A DNA stretch of 64,000 bases from Nitrosarchaeum sp. (GTDB taxonomy: Archaea > Thermoproteota > Nitrososphaeria > Nitrososphaerales > Nitrosopumilaceae), in the NCBI GenBank assembly GCA_965223865.1, contig OZ245020.1, positions 96,001-160,000 on the forward strand, given 5' to 3'. The position numbers were made by a program, and so were the translations under genes. Positions 1 to 10,586 of this stretch are shown piece after piece. Position 1 is the stretch's first letter, and the number at the start of each line of letters is the position of its first letter. The notes below the pieces were generated by a model that saw only the letters and a list, made by a program, of their open reading frames with translations, did no database searches and had not been told where the DNA came from.

Positions 1-1
1 G

Positions 2-928
2 CAGGGGTTTTTTGCAGGTGGAGAATGGGGAAGCGGTGCAGTAATTACAATGGAGACAGCACCCAAAGAAAAGAGGGGAATTCTTTCTGGGTTTTTACAA
101 AGTGGTTTTAATTTTGGTTTTGTAATTGCATCTATTGTATTTTTTGGAACCATTTCTTTATTCCCTGATGAACAATTTATAGAGATTGGATGGAGAGTTA
201 TGTTCTTTACAGGAATCATACCTGGTCTAGTAGCTCTGTTTGTTAGATTTAGAATGGACGAATCTGAAGTTTGGTTAGCAAAACAAAAACAGAAAAAAAC
301 AGAAAAATCGCCACTAAAAAAACTATTATCAAGTAAAGATGGGAGAAAAAAATTCATCTTTTCATTGATTTTGATGACAGGTTTGATGTATGCATACTAT
401 ACATCAATTGGGTTTTATCCGACCTTTTTACAAAATTATGTAGAGATTGAAAAATCTGAAGTTTCAGTACTAATGATTATTGGAACTACTACCTCTTTGT
501 TTGGACAAATTTTTACTGGTTACCTTAGCCAAAGAATAGGAAGGAAAAAAACAATTACAGTTTTTGCAATGGCAGCGATCATAGTTGCAATTCCAACATT
601 TTATGGATTGTATAATGCAGATTCGGCATATGAAAGAATATCATATACTATTTTGTTGATTGTTGTTGCAACAACGGGCTTTGGGCCAATTCCTGCATTT
701 CTTTCTGAGAGATTTCCAACAGAAGTTAGAAACAGTGCAAGTGGTTTTATCTACAATGGAGGATTGATTTTTGGTTCATGGGCACCGTTGATTGCAGTAA
801 CTATGCTATCAAAAGGTGCAGAATTAATTCCAATACTACTTGGAATTAATGTCATTATTGGTTCAATTATAATTTTGATTGGTGCCAAAATCAACCCTGA
901 AACAAGAGACGTTGATATCACTCAGTAA
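2..928 (+). CDS. MFS transporter (metabolite:H+ symporter-like), 5'-truncated by window edge
   Basis: Frame is open from position 2 (QGFFAGGEWGSGAVITMETAP..RG, MFS motif); multiple TM helices; SERFPTEVR and PETR motifs. Confidence 0.9.
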   Translation, partial: QGFFAGGEWGSGAVITMETAPKEKRGILSGFLQSGFNFGFVIASIVFFGTISLFPDEQFIEIGWRVMFFTGIIPGLVALFVRFRMDESEVWLAKQKQKKTEKSPLKKLLSSKDGRKKFIFSLILMTGLMYAYYTSIGFYPTFLQNYVEIEKSEVSVLMIIGTTTSLFGQIFTGYLSQRIGRKKTITVFAMAAIIVAIPTFYGLYNADSAYERISYTILLIVVATTGFGPIPAFLSERFPTEVRNSASGFIYNGGLIFGSWAPLIAVTMLSKGAELIPILLGINVIIGSIIILIGAKINPETRDVDITQ

Positions 929-967
929 TTCTTAAAATCATAAATAATTTAGAGAAAAAGGACATTC

Positions 968-1834
968 ATGAAAAATTTAACCAGTTTATTAAAGTCAAAA
1001 AAACCACTTGTTATACCAGGAGTCTATGATGCAATTGGTGCAAAGATTGCAGAAAAAGTAGGATTTGAAGCAATGTTTCAAACAGGTTACGGAACATCTG
1101 CTACATTATTTGGAATGCCAGATTATGGGTTCATCGGAGCAACTGAAACAGTTGATAATGCAAGAAGAATATGTAGAGCAGTATCAGTACCAATAATTGT
1201 TGATTCAGATACAGGATATGGAAATGCATTAAGTGTTTGGAAGTTAGTAAAAGAATTAGAATCTGCAGGAGCTTCTGGAATTTTTTTAGAAGATCAAAGA
1301 TGGCCTAAAAGATGTGGACATATGCAAGGAAAAGAAGTTGTTCCACAAGAAGAATATACAGAAAAACTTGGAGCTGCAATTGATGCGCGTCAAAGCAAAG
1401 ATTTCATAATTGTTGCTAGAACCGATGCAAGAGCAACAGAAGGTCTAGATTCTGCAATTGAGAGAGGATTACAAAACAAAAAAACAGGAGCAGATGCAGT
1501 GTTTATTGAAGCACCAAGAACAATTGAAGAAATGAAAATAATTGGCAGATCTATCAAGGCTCCTCTTGTGGCAAATATGATAGAAGGAGGAGCAACACCA
1601 ATTAGCTCTGCTCAAACACTGTACAAGATGGGATTTAAGATAATTCTTTATCCGCTTTCAGTATTATTTGCAAATACATTTGCTTCAATGAACATCTTAA
1701 AGGAATTAAAGAATACAGGAACTACTACAAAATTTAAACAAAAGGTAGTAAACTTTGATCAGTTCAATGACTTGGTAGAGTTACCAAAGTTTAGAAAGCT
1801 CGAAAAAAAGTACGGTTTTTCAAAAAGAGAATAA
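968..1834 (+). CDS. prpB: Methylisocitrate lyase / PEP mutase-isocitrate lyase family
   Basis: DSDTGYG, LEDQRWPKRCGH and ARTDA motifs. Confidence 0.8.
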   Translation: MKNLTSLLKSKKPLVIPGVYDAIGAKIAEKVGFEAMFQTGYGTSATLFGMPDYGFIGATETVDNARRICRAVSVPIIVDSDTGYGNALSVWKLVKELESAGASGIFLEDQRWPKRCGHMQGKEVVPQEEYTEKLGAAIDARQSKDFIIVARTDARATEGLDSAIERGLQNKKTGADAVFIEAPRTIEEMKIIGRSIKAPLVANMIEGGATPISSAQTLYKMGFKIILYPLSVLFANTFASMNILKELKNTGTTTKFKQKVVNFDQFNDLVELPKFRKLEKKYGFSKRE

Positions 1835-1860
1835 AAGAAAAAATTTCAAGTAAAGCGCAG

Positions 1861-2148
1861 TTATGCTGCGTTTCTCTTTACTTCAATTTCTATTGTTGAA
1901 ACGTTTCTTGTTCTACCGTCTTGTGACTCTAGTGATTCGGAGGCAATTTTGATATCTCCGATAGAGTACCCTGCATTTTCTGTTTTGCGTGCAATAATTT
2001 GAGCTACGTCTACAGCACGACCTATGCTAAGACCTCTAGCTTTGATGTTGACGGATGGTAAGTTAGCCAGTTGAATAAGCGTGGATGTAACATATGCCAT
2101 CAATGGTTTCTTACCAATGAATATGGTGTCTCTGGCTTCGGTTGACAT
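1861..2148 (-). CDS. albA: Alba DNA/RNA-binding protein
   Basis: IFIGKKPLMAYV...IKARG.SIGRAVDVA...RNVSTIEI. Confidence 0.95.
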   Translation of the reverse strand: MSTEARDTIFIGKKPLMAYVTSTLIQLANLPSVNIKARGLSIGRAVDVAQIIARKTENAGYSIGDIKIASESLESQDGRTRNVSTIEIEVKRNAA

Positions 2149-2213
2149 GTTGTTAATAATATTTGAGGATAATTTAAAGCTAAAAGGAAATTTTTGAATC
2201 TAGGAAAAAATTT

Positions 2214-2816
2214 TTGAAAAAAATTGAACTATTATTAACTAGATCAGGAGAATTATTGGAGTTGGATGAAATCATAAAATTAGACATTGGAACAAGTGAA
2301 GAGAAAATCAAAACTCTAGAATCACTTGAATTTACAAAGGATATGGAAATCATAAAAAAAATTATTTCAAAACTTGATGATGAAGATATTCAAGTAAGGG
2401 GTGAAGCCTTTAGTTCTTTGATTTTAAATGAAAATAAAATATCCGATTTATTGATAGAAAATCTAAGTTCAGACAGTAAGAATATCAGAGGATTTACTGC
2501 TCTTGTTTTGGGAAATCGAAATGATGTGAATGCAATTCCAGAAATTGTGAAGTTGACAAATGATGAAAGCTCCATGGTAAGATCTTGTGCCTTAGGGGCA
2601 CTTGGTCATCTAAAAGCAAAACAAGCAAAAGATGTCATAGAAAATTGTTTTACTGATTCTAATCTTGAAGTAAAGAAAAGTGCTTTGCAAGCTGCAATTT
2701 ACATTGATGATGAAATATCTGAAAATAAAATTAATGAAATTTCTAAAGACAACGATCCTGAATTAAAAAGATTACTTGAAAATATTAAAAGAAAAAGTGG
2801 ACCGGAAGGGATTTGA
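2214..2816 (+). CDS. HEAT-repeat (PBS lyase-like) protein
   Basis: Repeated L.D....VR..A..ALG units; start uncertain. Confidence 0.8.
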   Translation: MKKIELLLTRSGELLELDEIIKLDIGTSEEKIKTLESLEFTKDMEIIKKIISKLDDEDIQVRGEAFSSLILNENKISDLLIENLSSDSKNIRGFTALVLGNRNDVNAIPEIVKLTNDESSMVRSCALGALGHLKAKQAKDVIENCFTDSNLEVKKSALQAAIYIDDEISENKINEISKDNDPELKRLLENIKRKSGPEGI

Positions 2817-2871
2817 ACCCTTGATCCGATGCATGCCATGCACCTATCCTACCAGGCTAGACGACCGGCCC
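2798..2871 (-). tRNA. tRNA-Ala(GGC)
   Basis: GGGCCGG/CCGGTCC acceptor stem with G3:U70, anticodon arm GGTGC-ATGGCAT-GCATC, T-loop GGTTCAAATCC. Confidence 0.95.
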
Positions 2872-2996
2872 AAAAATCAGAAAACTGATCGAAATACACT
2901 TTTCGAATTGGTTATTAACGTTTAGCGGTTTAAAGAAGAATCCAACTGTAAAATTAACACAAGATATTTAACCATAATTTTCATGGTTTAATTGTT

Positions 2997-3842
2997 ATGG
3001 TAGTAGATAACAAGGCGACTGTTACATATGTTCAGTTGTTAAAAGAAGACCTTGTAATAATTAGACTTGTTCCAAAAGATGGTCCTGTTCCAGAATACAA
3101 AACTGGTCAGTTTATCACATTAGGATTACCAAATCCTGTTGAAGGTGGGAAGATTGTAAGAAGAGCATATTCAATTGCATCACATCCTGAAAATAGAAAG
3201 TATATTGAGCTTGTAATTAGATGGGTTAGAAAGCCACTTCCAGGTAGACTGACAACTCAGATTTTCAATCTAAAAGAAGGAGATGAAATTTTGTGGTTAA
3301 AACCAACTGGTAGAGCACTATTGGTTAATCAAGAAATGCCAAATGGTGAGCCAGATACTAGGAGAATTGTATGTGTTGGTGGTGGAACTGGTTTAGCACC
3401 ATTTGTTAGCTTTGCTCAACACTTTCATGATACAGGAGATAAGAGAGAGATTATTGTATTGCATGGTGCAAGTTATGTTGATGAGTTAAGTTACAAGGAA
3501 CTCTTGACTGACTTGGAGAATGAAAGTCTTGCCAAAGGAAAGGATGTATGGAACTTTAGATACAGAGCAGCAATAAGTAGACCTCAAGAATGGTTTAACA
3601 GATCATGGTCAGGTCAAGTTGGCAGAGTCGAAACATTTCTTAGACCAAGAAACAATGGAGTATCACCGTTAGAAGAATTAATTGAAGGTGAAATCACTAA
3701 AGAAAATACAATCTTTTACGTTTGTGGTTGGCAAGGAACGATTGACGGAGTAATGGATTTCTTAAAACCAAAAGGTTTCGTGACAGAACACGACAAACGT
3801 GAAGATGGAAGCTTTGAAGTAAAATACGAATCATACGGATAG
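2997..3842 (+). CDS. Ferredoxin--NADP+ reductase
   Basis: RAYSIAS FAD motif, GGGTGLAP, YVCG, terminal ESYG. Confidence 0.9.
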   Translation: MVVDNKATVTYVQLLKEDLVIIRLVPKDGPVPEYKTGQFITLGLPNPVEGGKIVRRAYSIASHPENRKYIELVIRWVRKPLPGRLTTQIFNLKEGDEILWLKPTGRALLVNQEMPNGEPDTRRIVCVGGGTGLAPFVSFAQHFHDTGDKREIIVLHGASYVDELSYKELLTDLENESLAKGKDVWNFRYRAAISRPQEWFNRSWSGQVGRVETFLRPRNNGVSPLEELIEGEITKENTIFYVCGWQGTIDGVMDFLKPKGFVTEHDKREDGSFEVKYESYG

Positions 3843-3886
3843 AAATTTTTAAAGAAATAAAATATTCAGAATAGTTTTGCCTATAC

Positions 3887-3960
3887 GGGGACGTAGGTTA
3901 GCTTGGTATACTGCCAGTCTCGGGTGCTGGAGATCATGGGTTCAAGTCCCATTGTCCCCA
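3887..3960 (+). tRNA. tRNA-Pro(CGG)
   Basis: GGGGACG/TGTCCCC acceptor stem, anticodon arm CCAGT-CTCGGGT-GCTGG, T-loop GGTTCAAGTCC. Confidence 0.95.
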
Positions 3961-3986
3961 CCTTTCCACAAATCAATCATTGAAAT

Positions 3987-4616
3987 ATGACAGATTTTAA
4001 CAGACCACAATTGATTACTGCACTATATCTTGCACATCTCAATCCAGTAACAAATGCCCATATTGAAATAATCCAAGAGTTAAAGGAAAAGGCTGATATT
4101 GTAAAAGTCATGCCTGTTGTATTCAAATCTGGAGACAAGGAAATTAACAGTAGAAGCTTTCCGTTTAATTTTGAGACAAGAAAGAAGATGTTAGAATCTG
4201 TTTTTGGGGACTCTATTGTAATAACTGATGACTATGCATTCTTTGCTCCATTCAAAAAATACTTTCCCCCACTTTTAGCACCAAAATCTTGGGAACTAAG
4301 AAAACAAGTTCTCAGAGGAGTCAAAGGTGAATTTTTTTCATATACAGGAGACAAGGCAGAGGGACTAATGTTAAAAATTTACAGATTAAAACCAAAAGTG
4401 GGAGAAAGAAAAGCAATATCTGCAGCATCTGTAAAACAAAAGATGTATGATGCAGTATTAGGAAATGATGCAGATTGGGAACAGGATGTAAATGAGAGTA
4501 TAGCCAAAATAATTAAAGAAGAATGGGAAATTGTTAAAAAATTTGCAGAATCTGAAGACATGACTACTCGAGTTGCAGGAATGAAATTTCCTAAAGAAGG
4601 GTGGTCTTCCAAATAG
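3987..4616 (+). CDS. Nucleotidylyltransferase (cytidylyltransferase/NMNAT-like fold)
   Basis: HLNPVTNAH variant of HxGH, PFNFETR, ISAASVK. Confidence 0.7.
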   Translation: MTDFNRPQLITALYLAHLNPVTNAHIEIIQELKEKADIVKVMPVVFKSGDKEINSRSFPFNFETRKKMLESVFGDSIVITDDYAFFAPFKKYFPPLLAPKSWELRKQVLRGVKGEFFSYTGDKAEGLMLKIYRLKPKVGERKAISAASVKQKMYDAVLGNDADWEQDVNESIAKIIKEEWEIVKKFAESEDMTTRVAGMKFPKEGWSSK

Positions 4617-4644
4617 ATTAATACGGATTTGGAAAAAAAATATT

Positions 4645-5562
4645 GTGAAATTACCTCTCTCAAAATTTGTTTGGTTTGATGGAAAATACCTCCTCACAGA
4701 AAAAGCTACAGTACCAATAACAACTCATGCAATTCATTATGGGACATCAATCTTTGAGGGAATCAGAGCATATTGGAATAAAAAAAATCTTTTTGTCTTT
4801 AGACTAGAGGAGCATGTAAAAAGATTTAGGCGCTCTGGACAGTTTTACAACATTTCATTAAATTTTACAGACAAAGAAATCATTGATGCAATTACTGGAA
4901 TATGCAAAAAAAGCAAAATAAAAGAATCATGTTACATTAGACCATTTTACTTTGTAGGAGATTATGGAATTAATCTTCATGTTACAGAAAAAGCACCAAC
5001 TCATGTTGCAATCTTTACCTTTCCATTTGGAGATCTATTTAACAAAAATGGGATTACTGCAGGTGTTGTATCATGGAGAAAATTCTCAGAACAATCAACA
5101 CCACCTCAAGCAAAGATGGGAGGAAATTATCTCAATTCAATCATTGCAACTCAAGAGGCAAAAAGAAATGGATTTGAAGAAGCAATACTTCTTGATTTCA
5201 ACGGAAATGTAAGTGAGGCGCCTGGTGAGAACATCTTCATAGTAAGAGATGGAAAAATAATCACACCACCTATTTCATCATCTGCTCTTGAAGGTATTAC
5301 TCGTGATGCAATAATCAAAATTGGGAGAGAACTTGACATTGAAGTAGAAGAAAGAGATATTGCAAGAAGCGAGTTGACAATTTCAGATGAAATTTTTCTT
5401 ACAGGAACTGCAGCAGAAATAACGCCCATAATTTCAATGGATGGTAAAAAAATTGCAAACGGAAAACCAGGAGACATTACAAAAAAGATGATGCAAGAGT
5501 ATTTTGATATTGTAATGGGTAAAAAGGAGCAATATTCTCACTGGTTGACTGCGGTGTATTAG
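4645..5562 (+). CDS. ilvE: Branched-chain amino acid aminotransferase
   Basis: HYGTSIFEG, YIRP, AKMGGNY, EAPGEN, LEGITR, GTAAE. Confidence 0.95.
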   Translation: MKLPLSKFVWFDGKYLLTEKATVPITTHAIHYGTSIFEGIRAYWNKKNLFVFRLEEHVKRFRRSGQFYNISLNFTDKEIIDAITGICKKSKIKESCYIRPFYFVGDYGINLHVTEKAPTHVAIFTFPFGDLFNKNGITAGVVSWRKFSEQSTPPQAKMGGNYLNSIIATQEAKRNGFEEAILLDFNGNVSEAPGENIFIVRDGKIITPPISSSALEGITRDAIIKIGRELDIEVEERDIARSELTISDEIFLTGTAAEITPIISMDGKKIANGKPGDITKKMMQEYFDIVMGKKEQYSHWLTAVY

Positions 5563-6498
5563 ATGAAAATAATTCAAATTGGCATTGGCGGATGGGGGAA
5601 AAACCACGTGCGCATTTTATCACAACTAGGAGTACTTTGTGCTATTTGTGATACAAATTTAGAGCGTAGTAAAGAGTATGGAGAGAAATATTCTGTAAAT
5701 TACTATACATCACTTGATGATTTGCTAAAATCTGAGGAGTTTGATGGAGCACTAGTTGTTACTCCTACATCAACACATGCAGAAATTGCTGCCAAAATAA
5801 TTAAGCTAAAAAAGCATGTTTTTGTAGAAAAACCAATTACTTACAAATCTGAAGAAGGTGAACAATTAATCAAACTTGCCCAAAAAAAGAAGGTGATTCT
5901 AACGTGTGGGTATATTGAACGATTTAATCCAGCAGTTAATACTGTGAAAAATTTCCTCAAGGAAAAAAAATACGGAGATCTTGTGATGTTAGAATTTCAT
6001 AGAGAAAACAGAATGCCGCTACACATCAAAGATGTTGGAATTATTAGTGACACATCAGTTCATGACATTGATACTGCAAACTGGCTTTTTGATGATATGC
6101 CAGTTGTTGTTTTTGCCAGAGCAGGAAAAATAAATCATGAATTTGAGGATTTTGCAAGTATTATGCTAGGATACAAAAATGACAAGACTGCAATAATATC
6201 ATCAAATTGGATTACACCTAAAAAAGTTCGGACATTTAGTGCAGTTTGCACGGATGCTATAATTACATCTGATTTTATTTCACAGGAAGTAAAGGTAGAA
6301 AAAGATCAAGAGATAGAGATTCCAAAAAATGAAGAAAAGGAACCACTTCTATTGGAGATTCAAAGTTTCCTCAAGGCAATTGAGGAAAACAATGAACCGA
6401 TTGTAAAGGCACAGCAGGCTGTAAATGTCACTAGAATAGCAGAAGCGGCACTTATATCTAGTCAGAAAGGTGTGCCAATCTATCTGGATCTAAAATGA
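5563..6498 (+). CDS. Gfo/Idh/MocA oxidoreductase (WbpB-like UDP-sugar dehydrogenase)
   Basis: GIGGWG, VFVEKP, ERFNP, DTSVHDID. Confidence 0.85.
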   Translation: MKIIQIGIGGWGKNHVRILSQLGVLCAICDTNLERSKEYGEKYSVNYYTSLDDLLKSEEFDGALVVTPTSTHAEIAAKIIKLKKHVFVEKPITYKSEEGEQLIKLAQKKKVILTCGYIERFNPAVNTVKNFLKEKKYGDLVMLEFHRENRMPLHIKDVGIISDTSVHDIDTANWLFDDMPVVVFARAGKINHEFEDFASIMLGYKNDKTAIISSNWITPKKVRTFSAVCTDAIITSDFISQEVKVEKDQEIEIPKNEEKEPLLLEIQSFLKAIEENNEPIVKAQQAVNVTRIAEAALISSQKGVPIYLDLK

Positions 6499-6764
6499 AT
6501 AGGAAAATGATGGACATTTTGGCATGTCCAATTGACAAAAAATATCCTCTAGAGTTATTTGAGATAAAAGAAAAAGATAATGTAATATCAGAAGGTGCCC
6601 TGTTTTGCCCAAAGTGTTCAAGATTCTATCCAATAATTGAGGAGATTCCAATAATGCTACCTGATGAACTAAGAAACAAAAAACAAGAGATAGAATTTCT
6701 CAAAAACAACAAAGACGAACTACCTGAAAAAATTATTACAAAGGCAAACCCATGGCATTTGTGA
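6495..6764 (+). CDS. Trm112 family protein
   Basis: LACPIDK...CPKC.R.YPI.E.IPIML. Confidence 0.9.
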   Translation: MNRKMMDILACPIDKKYPLELFEIKEKDNVISEGALFCPKCSRFYPIIEEIPIMLPDELRNKKQEIEFLKNNKDELPEKIITKANPWHL

Positions 6765-6769
6765 TTTAG

Positions 6770-7246
6770 TTGGTCACAAATTTCATATCTGAAAAAGCCG
6801 AGATAGGAGAGAATACAAAGATTTGGCATTTCTCCTATATTGGAGATGACGTAAAAATTGGAAAGAATGTAAAGATTGGATCCCTTGTTCACATTGATTA
6901 CAATGTAAAGATTGGCGACAATACAAAGATTGAAGGACAAGCATACATTCCTCCTTTGTCTAGAATAGGAAACGGAGTATTCATTGGACCAGCTGCAGTT
7001 CTTACAAATGATCCATATCCGATGTGTAACAAGATGATTGGAGTAAAAATTGAGGACAATGTAATCATTGGAGCTCGTGCAGTTATCAAGGCAGGGGTAA
7101 CTGTTGGCAAAAATAGCGTAGTCTCAATGGGAGCAGTAGTTACAAGAGATGTACCTGAAAATTCTGTTGTAATAGGAGTTCCAGCTACAATTAGATACAC
7201 CAGAGAAGAATACGACAAAAAACAGAGAAAGTGGAAGGAGGATTAG
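6770..7246 (+). CDS. Hexapeptide-repeat N-acetyltransferase (WbpD-like)
   Basis: IGENTKIWHF, LbH repeats, TNDPYP, GVPA. Confidence 0.85.
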   Translation: MVTNFISEKAEIGENTKIWHFSYIGDDVKIGKNVKIGSLVHIDYNVKIGDNTKIEGQAYIPPLSRIGNGVFIGPAAVLTNDPYPMCNKMIGVKIEDNVIIGARAVIKAGVTVGKNSVVSMGAVVTRDVPENSVVIGVPATIRYTREEYDKKQRKWKED

Positions 7247-7473
7247 GATTTTATTTCTTTTCTAAATATCCAGTTCTTTAGTTTAGATAGAATCAAAATC
7301 CAAGCTACAACTAAGAGTATCGCAATGACTGCCTTAGTTACAGATGATAAGAAAAAATTCATTTCTCCATATCCAGTAATTGATAATGGGCCTAAAACCA
7401 TCACTGCAATTCCTCCACCAATTAAGATAAGAATCCACATTCCAAATAAAAAACCAAATAATCCGACTTTCAA
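7243..7473 (-). CDS. Small 2-TM membrane protein
   Basis: Two hydrophobic helices; overlaps the stop of the upstream gene as in an operon. Confidence 0.7.
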   Translation of the reverse strand: MKVGLFGFLFGMWILILIGGGIAVMVLGPLSITGYGEMNFFLSSVTKAVIAILLVVAWILILSKLKNWIFRKEIKS

Positions 7474-8459
7474 ATCTTGATCTCCATCATAAATGCAGTA
7501 ATTATGCCCAAAATTCCAGAAAATATTGCAAGCTTGAATATTGCAAGCCCTACCTGGTTTTCAGTCATTGGCCCACCTGCAAGAATCAATCTTACTAGGG
7601 TAATTGGTGCTGTCTTTTCCTTAGTTGCTCGTAACCTAAATTCTTCATCATGATCTACTGGTTTTGCTTTAATTTGTCGATGTTCTACTATTTTTGCGCT
7701 TGATATGAACAAAAAAGAGTTGATTACGGCTGGCAATAGTATTACTGCTGCTATAATTTCTACTTGTCCTACTATCGCGATAACACCATACATTGCACCT
7801 AGTACAAGGGCTCCAGAATCTCCAGGAAATATCTTGCTTGGAATCTTGTGATATTTGTAAAAGGCAAGAGACACCAAACCCAGAGGCAAACTTACAATTG
7901 CCATCTCATAGTTTTGTAATATAAGCAATGCAATGCTTAGTGAGAAACTCGCTATTGTCATAAATCCACTTGCAACTCCATTTAGAACATCAATAGAATT
8001 TATTGTGTTTCCAGTAATTGGAATCATAAATATAATCACTCCAAGGTATAACACAGGAATTTTTACCTCACCGAACAAAGGAAATGCAAGATTAGAATCA
8101 TATGCGCCAAGAATAATTATTGGAATTGCTGAGATTGCAAGTGCAACTGGTTTGAACCATCCACCCATAACTTTTCTGTCATCAACATATCCAACTAGAA
8201 ATGCCAGAGAACTTGTAAAAAGTACTGCCAATATTTCATTTGACTGAAAGAATCCATACAGAATAATTTCAGAAACTATTATTCCCAAAATAATTGATGG
8301 ACCACCAGGTCTTGCAATCATGACCTCGGGTTTTTTGTTAACATCTTTTACTGTAAGATTTCTTTTCTCAAGATACTTGATTAATGGTGGAGTTGTGAAA
8401 TATACAATAAAAAATGCAACAAGACATGAAACAATAGCTGGTATTATTAGTTCAGTCAA
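7470..8459 (-). CDS. Glycosyltransferase family 4 (MraY/GPT/AglH-like GlcNAc-1-P transferase)
   Basis: GYVDD, NTINSIDVLNG, KIFPGDSG motifs; polytopic membrane protein. Confidence 0.85.
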   Translation of the reverse strand: MTELIIPAIVSCLVAFFIVYFTTPPLIKYLEKRNLTVKDVNKKPEVMIARPGGPSIILGIIVSEIILYGFFQSNEILAVLFTSSLAFLVGYVDDRKVMGGWFKPVALAISAIPIIILGAYDSNLAFPLFGEVKIPVLYLGVIIFMIPITGNTINSIDVLNGVASGFMTIASFSLSIALLILQNYEMAIVSLPLGLVSLAFYKYHKIPSKIFPGDSGALVLGAMYGVIAIVGQVEIIAAVILLPAVINSFLFISSAKIVEHRQIKAKPVDHDEEFRLRATKEKTAPITLVRLILAGGPMTENQVGLAIFKLAIFSGILGIITAFMMEIKI

Positions 8460-10586
8460 TCATCTAACCTTTCGTAATTCTGTCTTTATGTTATCTGAAA
8501 GGGTTGAGCCTATTTTATCAATCTCTGCTAATTTTTTCACAGGAATCTTTGCAAGATCATCAAGATTTTTAATTCCATTTTTGTATAGTATTCTTGCTCG
8601 TACTCGTCCAATTCCCTTTATCCTTACCAGATCAAGCAATTCTTCTCTAATTCCATAGGTGATGCGTTTTCTAAGATTTGTTAACTCTTCAAGAAGATCT
8701 GCACGTTCTACATGCTTTGATATCTCTCTGAGGCAATAAGTTAGCCAGTCAGCATTTTCTACCATTCTGTGCATGTCACCTGATTCTATTCCCAGACTAT
8801 CAGAGAGTGATAATTCAGAGGACTCTGTTATCCAAGATTGCAATGCCAAAAGGCTTCGGGAGCAATCATACTCAGATATTGGCTCTAGCAGCTCAGGTGT
8901 GTGGTTTTCAATCATTACACTTGCAGTTTCATAGTCCTTGTTTCTCATTGAGAATTTTGGAAAGAACTCCTCGCAGTTAGAGATTAGATGTAAAAAGCCA
9001 AAGGTATGTAGTCTGTCTTTTGAGACATTTTCAACTGCATCTCTAAAGTAAGTCGCAGTTAGAGGATCAATGTAAAGCATTGATGTCTTTTTTCCAAACT
9101 CTGTAGCAGCATATCTTTCACCTTTCTTTACAAGAAGATACTGACTAGATAAAAATCTCAAAGATATATCAATTGCAAATTTAATGGTGGGTTTTCTTGA
9201 CTGTCGTCCTCCAAGTGTCTGTAAAAAGAAATCAAGTATTTCTTCTTTTTTAATTCCAGGATTTGTAACAACAATACTTAGTACATGTGTTCGGAGTGAT
9301 TTGTCATCAGTTATTTTAGAAACAATCGGTTCTGGTTCTCCGTTAATATAATACTCTATCAGATCCTCAGCATTTTGATTCCCTACAATTATAGATTCAC
9401 CGTAATCATCATATTGTGGACGTCCTGCTCTTCCACATAGCTGTTTGTATTCTAAAATGCTAATTGGTCTATTTGCGCCAACCTTGGCATTGTACCTGTT
9501 GATATTTGAAATTACTACTCGTCTTGCTGGAAGATTAACTCCTGCGGCAAGTGTCGGAGTTGAGGATAATAGCTTTATTGTTCCTTTTCTAAATTCTGCT
9601 TCTATTGTTTCTCTGCAGTTTTGATTTAGTCCAGCATGATGAAATGCAACTCCTTTTTTGACAAGTGTTGCAAGCGTATTTACCAAGTCTGTATGTTCGT
9701 TATTTGCAAGAATTTTTTTTGATACCTTTTCAAGTTCTTTGGTTTCATTTTTTTGAAGAAATTGTGATATTGCCTCAGAAGCTTTGGTTGCCAATGACTT
9801 TGAGCGAATTCTAGTCTCAGCAAATACCAGTGATTGGCCTCCTTCTTTGACTGACTGCACGCCTAAATCTATAGGAGTGCCCCTAATACTTCGCTCAACC
9901 TCAAAGGTTGTTCCGTCACTCATTACAACCTCCCCTCCATCACAAACCCCTTCAGATAGAGGAACCGGTCTCCAGTCATTTTCTACCAGTTCGCAATCTA
10001 GCCATTCTCCAAGCTCCTCTGAATTAGTTATTGTAGCACTAAGCCCTACAATTTGAGGCTTGTTTTCTAATAGTTTGAGTTTTGTTAGAATCATTTCTAG
10101 GGTTGGTCCTCTACTTTCATCACCTATCAAGTGAACTTCATCGGCTATGACAAGACCAATATTATCAACCCATTCGACTCCATGCCGAATAATTGAATCC
10201 ATTTTCTCATTTGTTAGAATTAGAACGTCGCTTTTTTCTAGATTCTTTTCAATATTTTCAAAATCCCCTGTAGATATTCCTACTCTGATTTTTTTACTGA
10301 GAGGGATTTTCTCTAATTTTTTAAACTCTGTAAATTTCTCAGCAGCTAAAGCACGAAGAGGACTCAGATAAATTATCTTTCCTTTATTTTTTGATAAATG
10401 GCTCATCATTGCAAGGATTGCAATCAGGGTTTTGCCACTTGCAGTAGGAGCTGACACCAAAATACTTTGTCCCTCCAGTAATCCAGCCTTTATACAATCA
10501 GCTTGTGGAGGATACAGTTTTTCAAATCCTTCTGTCAAAAGAAAATCAATTGCAGGTTTTGGAAGATCTAACTTTTCTATTTTCAT
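8460..10586 (-). CDS. hel308: Ski2-like helicase Hel308/Hjm
   Basis: APTASGKT, DEVH, SAT, HHAGL, GRAGRP, C-terminal RAR motif. Confidence 0.9.
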   Translation of the reverse strand: MKIEKLDLPKPAIDFLLTEGFEKLYPPQADCIKAGLLEGQSILVSAPTASGKTLIAILAMMSHLSKNKGKIIYLSPLRALAAEKFTEFKKLEKIPLSKKIRVGISTGDFENIEKNLEKSDVLILTNEKMDSIIRHGVEWVDNIGLVIADEVHLIGDESRGPTLEMILTKLKLLENKPQIVGLSATITNSEELGEWLDCELVENDWRPVPLSEGVCDGGEVVMSDGTTFEVERSIRGTPIDLGVQSVKEGGQSLVFAETRIRSKSLATKASEAISQFLQKNETKELEKVSKKILANNEHTDLVNTLATLVKKGVAFHHAGLNQNCRETIEAEFRKGTIKLLSSTPTLAAGVNLPARRVVISNINRYNAKVGANRPISILEYKQLCGRAGRPQYDDYGESIIVGNQNAEDLIEYYINGEPEPIVSKITDDKSLRTHVLSIVVTNPGIKKEEILDFFLQTLGGRQSRKPTIKFAIDISLRFLSSQYLLVKKGERYAATEFGKKTSMLYIDPLTATYFRDAVENVSKDRLHTFGFLHLISNCEEFFPKFSMRNKDYETASVMIENHTPELLEPISEYDCSRSLLALQSWITESSELSLSDSLGIESGDMHRMVENADWLTYCLREISKHVERADLLEELTNLRKRITYGIREELLDLVRIKGIGRVRARILYKNGIKNLDDLAKIPVKKLAEIDKIGSTLSDNIKTELRKVR

